Positions 18,261-28,009 of a DNA stretch of 64,000 nucleotides are shown one piece after another; the stretch's first letter is position 1; every line of letters starts with the position of its first letter. Below the pieces are notes generated by a model. The model ran no database searches and had not been told where the DNA came from. It was given only the letters and a program-made list of their open reading frames with translations. Both the position numbers and the translations under genes were made by a program. Source of the stretch: Candidatus Aenigmatarchaeota archaeon (GTDB lineage Archaea; Aenigmatarchaeota; Aenigmatarchaeia; GW2011-AR5); the NCBI GenBank assembly GCA_016187335.1, contig JACPJW010000001.1, positions 832,001 to 896,000 on the forward strand, in the 5' to 3' direction.

Positions 18261-18289
18261 AACTTTTCGGAAAAGTTTCATCAAAAGAG
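18259..18289 (+). repeat. REP-like hairpin element
   Basis: GAAACTTTTC-G-GAAAAGTTTC-ATCAAAAGAG overlapping upstream stop codon. Confidence 0.75.
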
Positions 18290-18296
18290 TGATAAC

Positions 18297-18410
18297 ATGT
18301 CGTTCAAGTTCAGCAAGGTAAGAAACATCCCGAAGCGGTTCAAAGTCCTGATTGTTGTAGGCGCTTTGGTTATAGTCCTCATAATTATGAGGCTGCTGGG
18401 GTTAATCTGA
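18297..18410 (+). CDS. 37-aa single-TM microprotein
   Basis: MSFKFSKVRNIPKRFKVLIVVGALVIVLIIMRLLGLI; GAGTGAT RBS; not in ORF track. Confidence 0.5.
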   Translation: MSFKFSKVRNIPKRFKVLIVVGALVIVLIIMRLLGLI

Positions 18411-18459
18411 GGTGTAAGAATGAAATGCCCTCTAAAGAGAGCATTTCTTTCAAACATTT

Positions 18460-19401
18460 TTGGTGTTCGAAATGGCGTTAATTGAAAGCGTGTTCAGCTC
18501 GTCGGGACCTTTCATCATTACGTTCCGCGAGGCTCTTGAAGCAACGTTGATTGTGGGCATCATCGCCGCTTATCTGGACAAAACCGGCAGAGCGCCGCTG
18601 AAAAAATACCTGTGGCTCGGCAGCGGCGCCGCTTTGCTTTTGAGCGTTGTCCTCGGCTTGATGCTCGCGGCAATCTACGGCGGCTTGAGCGGCCCTGCTG
18701 AAAAGCTTTTTGAGGGAACTGCTTCCGTTACAGCAACAGCCGTGCTCACCTACATGATTTTCTGGATGGCAAAGCATTCTCACAAAATCAAAGAAGAACT
18801 GCAGAACAAGGTTAACATAGCCGTGACAAGGGGCGATATGCTCGGCATTGCCATGCTGTCTTTCGTGGTTATCATACGCGAAGGAATAGAAACCGTGCTG
18901 TTCCTTGTAGCTTTGGCAACGATAGACGCAACGGCAACCATGCTCGGCTTGGTCCTGGGAATAGCAAGCGTCCTGGTAATTTCTTATTTGATGTTCCGCG
19001 GATTTTACCGCCTTAATATCAAGAAATTCTTCCAGTACACGAGCATCCTGCTGCTGGTATTCGCCGCAGGCCTGCTGGGCTACGGCATCCATGAATACAT
19101 TGAAGCAGCCGAGGCTTACGGCATTGACGCGGGTTTCCTTGGGAGCCAGGCATTCAACATAAATCCTGCTGACACAGCCCACCCGCTTCACGAAAAAGGC
19201 GCTATAGGTTCGATACTCAAGACGCTTTTCGGCTACGACGGGAACCCCGAGTGGCTGCGCGTTTTCACTTATCTTGGGTATTGGATTATAATCGGCGCGT
19301 TCCTGCTTCGCACTTACAAGCCCGGACACCCGTTCCTGCGCTATATCGGCATGCAGAACGGCACGAGCGCAAGCGGGAAAACGATTGTTAAGAAAAGGTA
19401 G
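18460..19401 (+). CDS. FTR1/EfeU family iron permease
   Basis: Two REXXE motifs (FREALEA, IREGIET); multiple TMs. Confidence 0.93.
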   Translation: MVFEMALIESVFSSSGPFIITFREALEATLIVGIIAAYLDKTGRAPLKKYLWLGSGAALLLSVVLGLMLAAIYGGLSGPAEKLFEGTASVTATAVLTYMIFWMAKHSHKIKEELQNKVNIAVTRGDMLGIAMLSFVVIIREGIETVLFLVALATIDATATMLGLVLGIASVLVISYLMFRGFYRLNIKKFFQYTSILLLVFAAGLLGYGIHEYIEAAEAYGIDAGFLGSQAFNINPADTAHPLHEKGAIGSILKTLFGYDGNPEWLRVFTYLGYWIIIGAFLLRTYKPGHPFLRYIGMQNGTSASGKTIVKKR

Positions 19402-19445
19402 CAGGTTAAAGAAAAGCTTAAATGATTCTGAATTATTGACTACGC

Positions 19446-19955
19446 ATGCCGAGAAAACCGACTGTTGTTGAATCTAAGGTCAGGAAGATCATAGATAATC
19501 TAAAGAGACTGGGAACAAAATCAAGAGATTATCGCGGACTGCTTGCGGATGCACAAGAACCTCTGGTAAAAATTCTAGATGCTGAAGAAAGGAAAAGGGA
19601 AGAAAAAGTTCAATGGGAAAGATGGCATTATCAGGGGTTCCCGGGCGGTTCTGGCCGTCGTTACGGCTATGGACGCCAGCTTGCAGAGGTTTACGCCAGG
19701 CATTTTGGAAGAGAAGGATTTACTCCGGTAGACGCGGTTGAATTTTTGGCAACGGAAAGGGACGAATTTGGCTTCTTACCTACCGGAAGTTTTAACGCCC
19801 TGATGCGCAGCGGTGGATATGTACACAGTCTTTTTGGAAGAGGTATACTGGAAAGAAAGCCTGATCCAAAACGTTTCGGAAGCATCTACAGGTTTACGGA
19901 AGAAGCCTGGGAGCATTTATTCCCTGAGCCCGCTGCGCCTTCGCAATCTTATTAA
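19446..19955 (+). CDS. Hypothetical protein, possible C-terminal winged helix
   Basis: 169 aa; SLFGRGILERKPDPKRFGSIYRFTEEA resembles a wing. Confidence 0.6.
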   Translation: MPRKPTVVESKVRKIIDNLKRLGTKSRDYRGLLADAQEPLVKILDAEERKREEKVQWERWHYQGFPGGSGRRYGYGRQLAEVYARHFGREGFTPVDAVEFLATERDEFGFLPTGSFNALMRSGGYVHSLFGRGILERKPDPKRFGSIYRFTEEAWEHLFPEPAAPSQSY

Positions 19956-19975
19956 TCTTCTCAGCAATTTCAATC

Positions 19976-20815
19976 ATGTTTCAGCCAAAAAAGCTATTTT
20001 TCGGCACAGCAGGCAGGCCGGTGAGCACCGAAGGCGACACGATAGCAGGAATAAAGCAGGTAAGAAAACTGAACCTGGATGCAATGGAGCTGGAGTTTGT
20101 CCACAGCGTGAACATCAGCAAAGAAAAGGCACCTGCTGTCAGGGAAACGGCAAAGAAAAGTAACGTCCTGCTTACATGTCACGGTCAATATTATATAAAC
20201 TTGGCTTCCCCTGACAAAAAGAAAGAGAAAGAAAGTGTGGAACGCATCCTCAAGGCGGCAAGGATTGCTTCTTTATGCGGCGCATGGTCATTGTGCTTCC
20301 ATGCTGCTTTCTACCAAGGAAAACCGAAGGAAGAAGTCTACAATACCGTCAGGAAGCATCTGCAAGGCATTGTTAAAACGCTGAGGAATGAGGGGCATGA
20401 TTTGTGGCTGCGCCCCGAAACGACAGGCAGGGTGACGCAGTTCGGCGAGCTTGACGAGCTGCTGCGCCTGAGCAGCGACGTTGAACAGGTCTTGCCATGC
20501 GTTGACTTCTCGCACCTGCATGCAAGAAGCAACGGTGCCTTCAATTCATACGAGGAATTTTCCGGGGTGCTTGCAAAAATAGAAAAGGAACTTGGCAAAG
20601 CAGGAATAAAGAACATGCACATCCACGTCTCCGGCATCGCTTATGGCGAAAAAGGTGAGAAGCATCATTTAAACCTGAAGGAAAGCGACCTTCGCTGGAA
20701 AGAGATTATGCGCGCGCTGAAAGATTTCGGCGCGCACGGCGTTGTCATCTCCGAGAGCCCGAACATAGAGGATGACGCCCTGCTGATGAAAGAAGGGTAC
20801 AATAAATTGAATTAA
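19976..20815 (+). CDS. Endonuclease IV / AP endonuclease 2 family TIM-barrel protein
   Basis: HGQYYINLAS, FHAAFY, RPETTG, CVDFSHLHAR, HIHVSGI..EKHH, ISESP. Confidence 0.92.
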   Translation: MFQPKKLFFGTAGRPVSTEGDTIAGIKQVRKLNLDAMELEFVHSVNISKEKAPAVRETAKKSNVLLTCHGQYYINLASPDKKKEKESVERILKAARIASLCGAWSLCFHAAFYQGKPKEEVYNTVRKHLQGIVKTLRNEGHDLWLRPETTGRVTQFGELDELLRLSSDVEQVLPCVDFSHLHARSNGAFNSYEEFSGVLAKIEKELGKAGIKNMHIHVSGIAYGEKGEKHHLNLKESDLRWKEIMRALKDFGAHGVVISESPNIEDDALLMKEGYNKLN

Positions 20816-20843
20816 AGCATAAATATCTTCTTGTCGTAATTCT

Positions 20844-21155
20844 ATGAGTGATTTTGTGTTTGTCCGCGTGGCTTCTGTCAATGACGTGCCGGAAGGCGAA
20901 GGAAGGGTCGTGAGTGTAAACGGGACGCCTGTTGCCCTGTTCAATGTCGGCGGGGAATTCCACGCAATAAGCAACGTGTGTGCCCACAAAGGAGGGCCTT
21001 TGGGCGAGGGCGAGCTGGACGGCAGCGTGGTTACATGCCCCTGGCACGGCTGGCAGTACGACGTGACCACGGGCAGGAATATAATGATGCCCAGCATCGC
21101 TGTCAAAAAATTCCCTGTCAAGGTTGAAGGCGAAGACGTTCTGGTGGATGTCTAG
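20844..21155 (+). CDS. Rieske [2Fe-2S] ferredoxin (NirD-like)
   Basis: CAHKGGPL and CPWHG. Confidence 0.95.
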   Translation: MSDFVFVRVASVNDVPEGEGRVVSVNGTPVALFNVGGEFHAISNVCAHKGGPLGEGELDGSVVTCPWHGWQYDVTTGRNIMMPSIAVKKFPVKVEGEDVLVDV

Positions 21156-21235
21156 GATATTCTTAAAACCGGCAGAAAATTATAAATGCAATGAGAGCCT
21201 ATTAGGGGTAAACGATAACTCTTCCGTGAATAATT

Positions 21236-21562
21236 ATGACCGAAGCAAAACAATGGGAAATGGTCGTGGTTGACCAGGACATATGCATAGGATGCAATGC
21301 GTGCGTCGCTGCGTGCCCTTACCAGGCGCTGGAGATGGACCAGGAGAACAAGGCGGCGCTCATTTTTGACAAGTGCAAGGATTCTTTTGACTGCATACCC
21401 GTCTGCCCCGTAACCTGCATCTGGAAGAGCGGCGAAGCGCCCGAGGAAAGCAAGGAAAAGGAAGGCTGGGTCCATTTCTCAAAGCCGCGCGAGCAGCTCA
21501 CCGAGGAAGAGAAGAAGCTTTACGACGAGTGGAAGGCAAAATACGGCATCAGGCACAGCTGA
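21236..21562 (+). CDS. Dicluster ferredoxin
   Basis: CIGCNACVAACP and CKDSFDCIPVCP. Confidence 0.9.
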   Translation: MTEAKQWEMVVVDQDICIGCNACVAACPYQALEMDQENKAALIFDKCKDSFDCIPVCPVTCIWKSGEAPEESKEKEGWVHFSKPREQLTEEEKKLYDEWKAKYGIRHS

Positions 21563-21572
21563 CTTTTTCTGA

Positions 21573-22013
21573 TCAAACAACAAAGGCAGGCAGAAAATAA
21601 AGAAGAAAAGCATGCCTCAGCGGGAGAATTACGTGCTTTCTGGAACTGAAGCTCCACAGAGTAAGGATGTTGTTCAGCGCAAACAGGTAGAACCACGGCG
21701 TGAAGAACACGGAGAAAATAATGCCTTCGGAGAGCCTGTCCGAAGCCACGTCAACAATGTATCCTTCTTCCGTGGGCATGTAATGCTTTTTTGCGATCAG
21801 TCCGTCAAGAAGGTCCAGTGCAAGGACAAGAAAAAGAATTGCAAAGGAAGCCGGAGGATTGTAGCGAAAAACCAGGACGAACAGCAGGCTCATCAGTATT
21901 GACAAGCCGGAAACTGCGTTTGGATTGGCGTTTGGCAGAGGCATCTTTAACAGGGCACTTTCTATTTTTCCCCTTGCTCTTTCAACCGGTTTTATTTTAC
22001 TATGCTTAGCCAT
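21573..22013 (-). CDS. CDP-alcohol phosphatidyltransferase family protein
   Basis: DLLDGLIAK..GYIVDVASD motif, TMs. Confidence 0.85.
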   Translation of the reverse strand: MAKHSKIKPVERARGKIESALLKMPLPNANPNAVSGLSILMSLLFVLVFRYNPPASFAILFLVLALDLLDGLIAKKHYMPTEEGYIVDVASDRLSEGIIFSVFFTPWFYLFALNNILTLWSFSSRKHVILPLRHAFLLYFLPAFVV

Positions 22014-22444
22014 ACTACCGCACCTAAAATCAGCGTTGACGCTATTTCAAAATGCATCCTGTATTTGTCGGGAAGCATCCCCAAGGAAATCTCCTTTTTT
22101 GAGAAAGGATAGAAGGGCCTGCTTTTGCCCACCAGAAAATCGGCGGCGTAGTGGACAATAGCCGAAAGCGCTATGACCTTTGCCAGCGTGGCACCGGAGA
22201 AAAAAGCAAGCAGAGACGCGGCTGCCGAAAAGAGCGTTAATCCGTACAGTTCATGGAACCTTGACCTGGATTCGGAACCGAATTTCTTCCGCAGGACTTT
22301 TCTCCTTGTTTTTATTACATACGGGATGTGGTCAAGGTCAAGGATAACGGAAAACAGAAGGATGTAAACGGCGTAGTTGTAGGCATTGCCTAAGGCGCCT
22401 TCAACAACAAGGTAGCTGAGAAAAAAATGAAGCAGCGTGTTCAT
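21992..22444 (-). CDS. Membrane metal-dependent hydrolase (YdjM-like)
   Basis: LLH, LDLDH, SRFHE, VHYAAD motifs. Confidence 0.75.
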   Translation of the reverse strand: MNTLLHFFLSYLVVEGALGNAYNYAVYILLFSVILDLDHIPYVIKTRRKVLRKKFGSESRSRFHELYGLTLFSAAASLLAFFSGATLAKVIALSAIVHYAADFLVGKSRPFYPFSKKEISLGMLPDKYRMHFEIASTLILGAVVWLSIVK

Positions 22445-22507
22445 GATTTTTATTTATCCTTTCTTTTTATAAAGTATCTGAAAATTAAAATATAAACGGT
22501 ATTTTTC

Positions 22508-24013
22508 ATGAAAATCTACAACACGCTGACAAGGCGGAAAGAAGATCTCGTGCCGCTGCAGGACAATACTGTGCGAATATACACGTGCGGCCCGACGGTT
22601 TACGATTACGCGCACATCGGCAACCTGCGCACGTACGTTTTCGAGGATGCCCTTGTCCGTGTTTTGGAATGGCTGGGATTCACCACACTGCGCGTGATGA
22701 ACATAACCGACGTCGGGCACCTGACCAGCGACGCCGACACTGGCGAGGACAAGATAGAAGTGGGCGCGCGCCGCGAAGGCAGGAGCGCGTGGGAAATTGC
22801 TGCTTTCTATACCGAAGCATTCCTCAGTGACATGAAAAAGCTGAGGATAAAGGAAGCCGATGTATTGTGCAAGGCAACCGACCACGTAAGCGAGATGATT
22901 CAGATTATACAGGAGCTGGAAAGGCGCGGATTCACTTACAAAATCTCCGACGGGATTTATTTTGACACCTCAAGGCTGAAGGATTACGGGAATATGGCGC
23001 TGGTTGATTTGGAGCAGTTAAAGGCGGGGGCGCGCGTCGAGATGGTTCCGGGCAAAAAGAATGCAACGGACTTCGCGCTGTGGAAATTAACGCCGAAACA
23101 GACCGACGCCGAAGGCGTCATGCGCCCTGTCAAAAGGCAAATGGAATGGGACTCGCCATGGGGCCGCGGCTTCCCCGGCTGGCACATCGAGTGCAGCGCC
23201 ATGTCAATGAAATATATCACGGACGCTTTTCTCAGCGGCGTATTCAAGCCTGAAAAATTCCAGACGATTGACGTTCACGGCGGAGGCGTTGACCACATAA
23301 ACGTTCATCACACCAACGAGATAGCGCAGAGCGAGGGGGCGACAGGCAAAAAATTCGTGAATTACTGGGTCCATGGGGAGTTCCTGCTGGTGGAAGGGCA
23401 GAAGATGGCAAAATCCCTCGGGAACCTTTATACTGTAGCTGATTTGGAAAAGAAAGGCTACAGCCCGCTGGCGTTCCGCCTGCTCTGCCTGATGTCCCAT
23501 TACCGCAACCAGATGAACTTCACCTTCAACGCATTGGACGACGCAGAAAAAAATTTGGAAACAGTGAACGATTTTTTCTGCAGGGTGGAAGATTACCTGA
23601 AATGGAGCGCCGTGCCCGAACTGAAAGAAGCGCCTTTGCTCGTGGAGGAATTCAGGGAAAAAATAAGGCTCAAGCTTGCGGACGACCTTAACACGCCGGA
23701 AGCTCTGGCGGTTTTCTTTGATTTCATGAGCGAAATAAACAAGCTGCTTGACAGGAACGTTCTTGGCAGGGAATCGCTCGGGCTTGTAAGGGATTTTGTT
23801 CTTGAATTAGATGATGTTTTCTGTTTCCTTCAGCCCAAGGGAGAGCTTACTGACGTTGAGCAGGACCTTCTGGAAAAAAGAGAAGCCGCGCGCGCCGCGA
23901 AGGACTACGAGAAATCAGACCACTACCGCGCCCGCTTGCGCAGCATGGGCGTTGTTCTGGAAGACACGCCGTATGGAACGAGATGGAGAAGAACGAAGTT
24001 TAAGGAAGAATAG
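22508..24013 (+). CDS. cysS: Cysteinyl-tRNA synthetase
   Basis: CGPTVY, HIGN, PGWHIECS, KMAKS. Confidence 0.98.
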   Translation: MKIYNTLTRRKEDLVPLQDNTVRIYTCGPTVYDYAHIGNLRTYVFEDALVRVLEWLGFTTLRVMNITDVGHLTSDADTGEDKIEVGARREGRSAWEIAAFYTEAFLSDMKKLRIKEADVLCKATDHVSEMIQIIQELERRGFTYKISDGIYFDTSRLKDYGNMALVDLEQLKAGARVEMVPGKKNATDFALWKLTPKQTDAEGVMRPVKRQMEWDSPWGRGFPGWHIECSAMSMKYITDAFLSGVFKPEKFQTIDVHGGGVDHINVHHTNEIAQSEGATGKKFVNYWVHGEFLLVEGQKMAKSLGNLYTVADLEKKGYSPLAFRLLCLMSHYRNQMNFTFNALDDAEKNLETVNDFFCRVEDYLKWSAVPELKEAPLLVEEFREKIRLKLADDLNTPEALAVFFDFMSEINKLLDRNVLGRESLGLVRDFVLELDDVFCFLQPKGELTDVEQDLLEKREAARAAKDYEKSDHYRARLRSMGVVLEDTPYGTRWRRTKFKEE

Positions 24014-24045
24014 AAGATTTAAATAAATTAGTATACTTAGTATAC

Positions 24046-24303
24046 TTGGTGTTAAAAGTGGAAAAAACTATAAAAGTGGATGAACGCACTTACAAGCTTC
24101 TTAACGAGCTTGTCGGAGAGATAAGGGCTGAAGAAAAGAGGCCTGTTTCTATAAACGAGGCCCTTTCGCGGGTGCTGAAAGAAAAGAAAAAGCGTAATTT
24201 AATGGATTTCGCCGGGTCATGGTCGATGAGCGACAACGAAGCGAAAAAAATGAAGTCTGGGTTAAGAAAAGTGTGGTCTAAATGGAAGCCAAGGTCGTTC
24301 TAG
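24046..24303 (+). CDS. VapB-like antitoxin
   Basis: KTIKVDERTYKLL, LMDFAGSW; overlaps PIN gene. Confidence 0.75.
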   Translation: MVLKVEKTIKVDERTYKLLNELVGEIRAEEKRPVSINEALSRVLKEKKKRNLMDFAGSWSMSDNEAKKMKSGLRKVWSKWKPRSF

Positions 24304-24677
24304 ACACATCAATCCTGATAGATTTCATCAGAAACAGGGACGGCGCTGTTTCTCTTGTAAAAAGGCTTTCAGAAAAGTATGATATCTGCACAACAGACAT
24401 AAATGTATTTGAACTCTATTACGGCGCTTACCTGAGCAAAGAAACAAGCAAAAACATGGCTGCGGTGAAAGGAATTATTAATACCATACTTGTTTTCAGC
24501 ACTTCACCGGAGAGCGTGGAGATATCGGCAAAAATACTGGCAGAATTGGACAGGAAAGGCCAAAAGATTGAAATCAAGGATATACTTGTGGCTGGCATTT
24601 GCATGGTAAATTCTTGCATTGTAGCAACGCATAACAAGCAGCACTTTGAACGGATGGGCGTAAAATTAATAGAATAA
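24282..24677 (+). CDS. vapC: VapC PIN-domain toxin
   Basis: VLDTSILID, ELYYG, DILVAG, ATHNKQHF. Confidence 0.93.
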   Translation: MEAKVVLDTSILIDFIRNRDGAVSLVKRLSEKYDICTTDINVFELYYGAYLSKETSKNMAAVKGIINTILVFSTSPESVEISAKILAELDRKGQKIEIKDILVAGICMVNSCIVATHNKQHFERMGVKLIE

Positions 24678-24699
24678 GGAATTCATGGGGGAATAATTC

Positions 24700-25002
24700 A
24701 TGCGCTCGCGCAGCAAGCCGGAATACCAGCTGAAGATAGCAAGGGAGCGGATACAGATACTGTTTGATGAAGCTGAGCATGCCGAAGACCCGAAGCTCGC
24801 GAAGCGGTACATCGAGCTGGCGCGAAAAATCGGCATGCGCTACAACGTCAGGATACCAAGGGACCTGAAAAGGAAATACTGCAGGCACTGCGGGGCATTT
24901 TTAAGGTACGGCGCCAACGCAAGACACAGCGTCAGGAAAGGCGTAGTAACTATTAAATGCTTTTCCTGTCAAAGTGAAATGCACTATCCGTACGGGAAGT
25001 AA
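24700..25002 (+). CDS. rnp4: RNase P protein component 4 (Rpp21)
   Basis: IARERIQILF, CRHC..CFSC zinc finger. Confidence 0.95.
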   Translation: MRSRSKPEYQLKIARERIQILFDEAEHAEDPKLAKRYIELARKIGMRYNVRIPRDLKRKYCRHCGAFLRYGANARHSVRKGVVTIKCFSCQSEMHYPYGK

Positions 25003-25017
25003 AGTGGAAAGATTGAT

Positions 25018-25428
25018 ATGGTTTCAGCAAGAGACGCAGAACCGCAAAGGCTCATCGAAAGTACAGCGGAAGAGCTGAAAAAAACCTTGAAAAGACCTGG
25101 CTGGGCCGATTACGTAAAGACCGGTGTATCGCGGGAGCGCCCGCCCGAGGACGCTGACTGGTGGTATATGCGCGCCGCATCCGTGCTGAGAAAGGTTTAT
25201 GTTGACGGCCCTGTTGGCGTGTCGCGGCTGCGCAGCTTTTACGGCGGCCTGCACAGGAGGGGGCACAAGCCTGCGCATTTCGCCAAGGGCGGCGGGAAGG
25301 TTGTGCGTGTCATCCTGCAGGACCTGGAAAAAGCCGGCTTTGTGAAGCAGGCCGAGAAGAGGAAAGGGCGTATAATCACCCCGGCCGGCCAGAAGTTCCT
25401 GAACGGTGTCGCGAAAAACACTAAATGA
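25018..25428 (+). CDS. rps19e: 30S ribosomal protein S19e
   Basis: WADYVKTG..ERPP..WWYMRAASVLRK. Confidence 0.97.
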   Translation: MVSARDAEPQRLIESTAEELKKTLKRPGWADYVKTGVSRERPPEDADWWYMRAASVLRKVYVDGPVGVSRLRSFYGGLHRRGHKPAHFAKGGGKVVRVILQDLEKAGFVKQAEKRKGRIITPAGQKFLNGVAKNTK

Positions 25429-25492
25429 TTGCTGTAACTCCTTCTGCAATAATTTTATTTGTTCTGAAATCCAAAAGGTAAGCATCCGAGTG

Positions 25493-25729
25493 ATGCCTTT
25501 GATAAGACACAATCCATATCCGGCACAAAATATCCCTGACATTCCGTATGTAGAAGGTTTCTGTCAAGAAAGGCATTTGCTTTATACGAGAAATTTTCCA
25601 CATGCACGTTCATATATGGGTGACAGGACCGCCGTAGAAAAAGTTCTTTTTCACAGGAGCTTGAGAAAATATTGTCACAAGCCGGATATTTCTCGATGGG
25701 AAAAACATTGGAGTTTCCGATGGATATAG
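25493..25729 (+). CDS. Possible small hypothetical protein
   Basis: 78 aa from GAGTG-ATG, fills an AT-richer gap; no motif. Confidence 0.25.
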   Translation: MPLIRHNPYPAQNIPDIPYVEGFCQERHLLYTRNFPHARSYMGDRTAVEKVLFHRSLRKYCHKPDISRWEKHWSFRWI

Positions 25730-25762
25730 ACCTTTTTAAAACCTTTGCGGCCATCTTTTGAT

Positions 25763-26098
25763 ATGCCCACGGAAGAAGAACTGAAAAGGAAGATATTGCA
25801 GCAGCGCATGCTTGAGCAGCAACAGCATGCGCTTCAGGAGCATATGCAGGCACAGGCGCAGCAGCAGCAAATGGAAGAAGTCCTGCGCGTCATAAAGATG
25901 CAGGTCCTGGAGCCGAAGGCCCGCGAGCGCCTGGCAAACCTGAAGCTGGTCAAGCCGGAGCTGGCAACGCAGCTTGAGCTTTATCTGGCCCAGCTTTACC
26001 AGTCCGGCCAGATACGCGGAAAAATCAATGATGAGCAGATGGTCTCAATCTTAAAAAAGATTTCCGAGAAGAAAGAATACAGGATAAAGAGGAAATAG
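25763..26098 (+). CDS. PDCD5-like DNA-binding protein
   Basis: LEPKARERLANLKLVKPE; conserved position between rps19e and rpl39e. Confidence 0.93.
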   Translation: MPTEEELKRKILQQRMLEQQQHALQEHMQAQAQQQQMEEVLRVIKMQVLEPKARERLANLKLVKPELATQLELYLAQLYQSGQIRGKINDEQMVSILKKISEKKEYRIKRK

Positions 26099-26151
26099 CC
26101 TGGATTTAAAGATGCGCTAACAATTCTGTTACGCTTTTGAAAGTGATATTC

Positions 26152-26316
26152 ATGGGCTCAAAAAAAACATTGTGGCAGAAAATAAAGCTGATAGCGTCCA
26201 GAAGAAGCAACGCGCCGCGCTGGGCGGACATAAAGAAGTTCGGGCTGAAAAGAGCCAGAGGCCGCCGCATCGCTGCGGTTACCAAGCACTGGCGCCGCGG
26301 CAGGAACAAGATATAG
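26152..26316 (+). CDS. rpl39e: 50S ribosomal protein L39e
   Basis: MGSKKTLWQKIKL..APRWADIKK..KHWRRGRNKI; conserved gene order; not in ORF track. Confidence 0.88.
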   Translation: MGSKKTLWQKIKLIASRRSNAPRWADIKKFGLKRARGRRIAAVTKHWRRGRNKI

Positions 26317-26413
26317 AAAACCGGAAGCAAAAGTTCGGCTTATGTTCCAACGGCAACTGACGTTTTGAAATTAGGAAACTAGAAGCTTTTCCGTCCTGAC
26401 AAGAGTGGTTCTC

Positions 26414-26803
26414 ATGCCTGAAGAAAAAATCTACACGATACCGATTCGCGCAGAAAAGAAAACGCGCGTAAAGAGAAGCGCGCACGCTGTAAGGATTGTC
26501 CGCGCCTTTTTGAAAAAGCACTCTAAAGCTGACGAAATAAAGCTTGGCAGAAAGCTCAACGAAGCTGTATGGAGCAGGGGTGCAAAGAAGCCGCCTTCTT
26601 CCGTGCGCGTCAAAGCAGTGAAAGACGCCGGCGTCGTGCGCGCAGAGCTGCTCGGCTTCGATTACGAGGAATTCCGCGCGAAACCCAAGGAAGAAAAGAA
26701 GGGCATGAAGGAGCGGCTGATGGAACGCCTGGGCCCGAAGGCGCAGCAGAAGCAGGAACTGGAAGAAAAGATAGAGGGGAAAGCTGAGGAAAAGAATGAA
26801 TAA
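26414..26803 (+). CDS. rpl31e: 50S ribosomal protein L31e
   Basis: EKIYTIP, LNEAVWSRGAKKPP. Confidence 0.95.
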   Translation: MPEEKIYTIPIRAEKKTRVKRSAHAVRIVRAFLKKHSKADEIKLGRKLNEAVWSRGAKKPPSSVRVKAVKDAGVVRAELLGFDYEEFRAKPKEEKKGMKERLMERLGPKAQQKQELEEKIEGKAEEKNE

Positions 26804-26852
26804 GTTACTATAAAGTAGTGACTTTAAGTACTTTTATTCTAAACTTGTTATC

Positions 26853-27950
26853 ATGGCATCACAGTTTGTAGAAAGAAAAGATTATTTAGTCGGAAAATTG
26901 CTGGATGGCAACAGAGTTTTATATGAATTTTTTGAAGTGGTGATTTCTAGAAAAAGTACTGACCCGTTTCAAGTAGCTGAAAATCTTATACGTCATTATA
27001 ATCTTACTCCAAATCAACAGAAATATTTGCGCAGAATTGCTGACAGAACACAAAGAGCAAAAAGAGTTATTTCTTATCTTGAAAAAAGATTTGGAATTAA
27101 CAGAGAGGGATATTTCGATAATCCAGAAGAAGTTTATAGATTTATGCATAGTGGCAAAGAACCACCAAAGCCGGTTTTGAATGCAAAACCTTATTCTATA
27201 GCTGTTGGGTTTGAACATGTTGAATGGGTTTATCAAAATATATTAGGTTATGCCGGACGAGGAAGTGTGGATATTGATTCTTTGGACTCAGATGAAAATC
27301 TTAGAAGAACTTTCAAAAGAGCAATTAAAGGCGATGATAGAAGTTTTGAAATGTTATCATTTTCTTATCGCACGCCAGAACAAAGACATAGAATTTTAGA
27401 ACAAGAATTTCTAGATTATTTAGGAACAGATGAAAGTGCAGATGTCAAGGCACTAAAACATGGTGTTCGTCGTACTGTATTACATGAGATAAGACATGTT
27501 ATAAATAGAATAATTTCACCAGAAAATTATTATTCAGAAGAAATAAGTGCTCGTTTATACGAAAGAGGTGGTGACCTTTTGAGTGTTTATACCGGATTTG
27601 ACCAAGAAATTGAAAAGGCTAAAAAAATGGCAGAAAAACTTATAAATGAACATGAAATGAGATTGAAAAGACTGATTGAGCAAGGAGCACCACCTATTAT
27701 TGTTGAAAGATCAAATAAGCGACTTCCCGAATTAAGAGAAAGGGGAAAGAAAGATGTAGAAGATATAACCAGTTGGGAAGATCTTACAAGGCAGATTTTA
27801 GGAAGTCTTAGATGGAATAGTACTTATAGAAGAGAACTTTCATACTTTTTCACTACAACGCCCCAAGAAAAAACAAGACACAGACTGGAACTAATAAGAG
27901 ATTATTTACCTAGAAGGATAAAACGAAAAGGCAAAAGTATTAAACATTAA
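26853..27950 (+). CDS. AT-rich hypothetical protein with HExxH motif
   Basis: VLHEIRHV followed by EEISA; 365 aa. Confidence 0.7.
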   Translation: MASQFVERKDYLVGKLLDGNRVLYEFFEVVISRKSTDPFQVAENLIRHYNLTPNQQKYLRRIADRTQRAKRVISYLEKRFGINREGYFDNPEEVYRFMHSGKEPPKPVLNAKPYSIAVGFEHVEWVYQNILGYAGRGSVDIDSLDSDENLRRTFKRAIKGDDRSFEMLSFSYRTPEQRHRILEQEFLDYLGTDESADVKALKHGVRRTVLHEIRHVINRIISPENYYSEEISARLYERGGDLLSVYTGFDQEIEKAKKMAEKLINEHEMRLKRLIEQGAPPIIVERSNKRLPELRERGKKDVEDITSWEDLTRQILGSLRWNSTYRRELSYFFTTTPQEKTRHRLELIRDYLPRRIKRKGKSIKH

Positions 27951-28009
27951 TTTTTCTATATCAAGTCCTAGGAGAATTCTTTTATAAGCCTTTAATAAAA
28001 ATAATACTC

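Noticed and set aside
18478-19329. 283-aa minus-strand ORF
   Set aside because: Antisense shadow of FTR1
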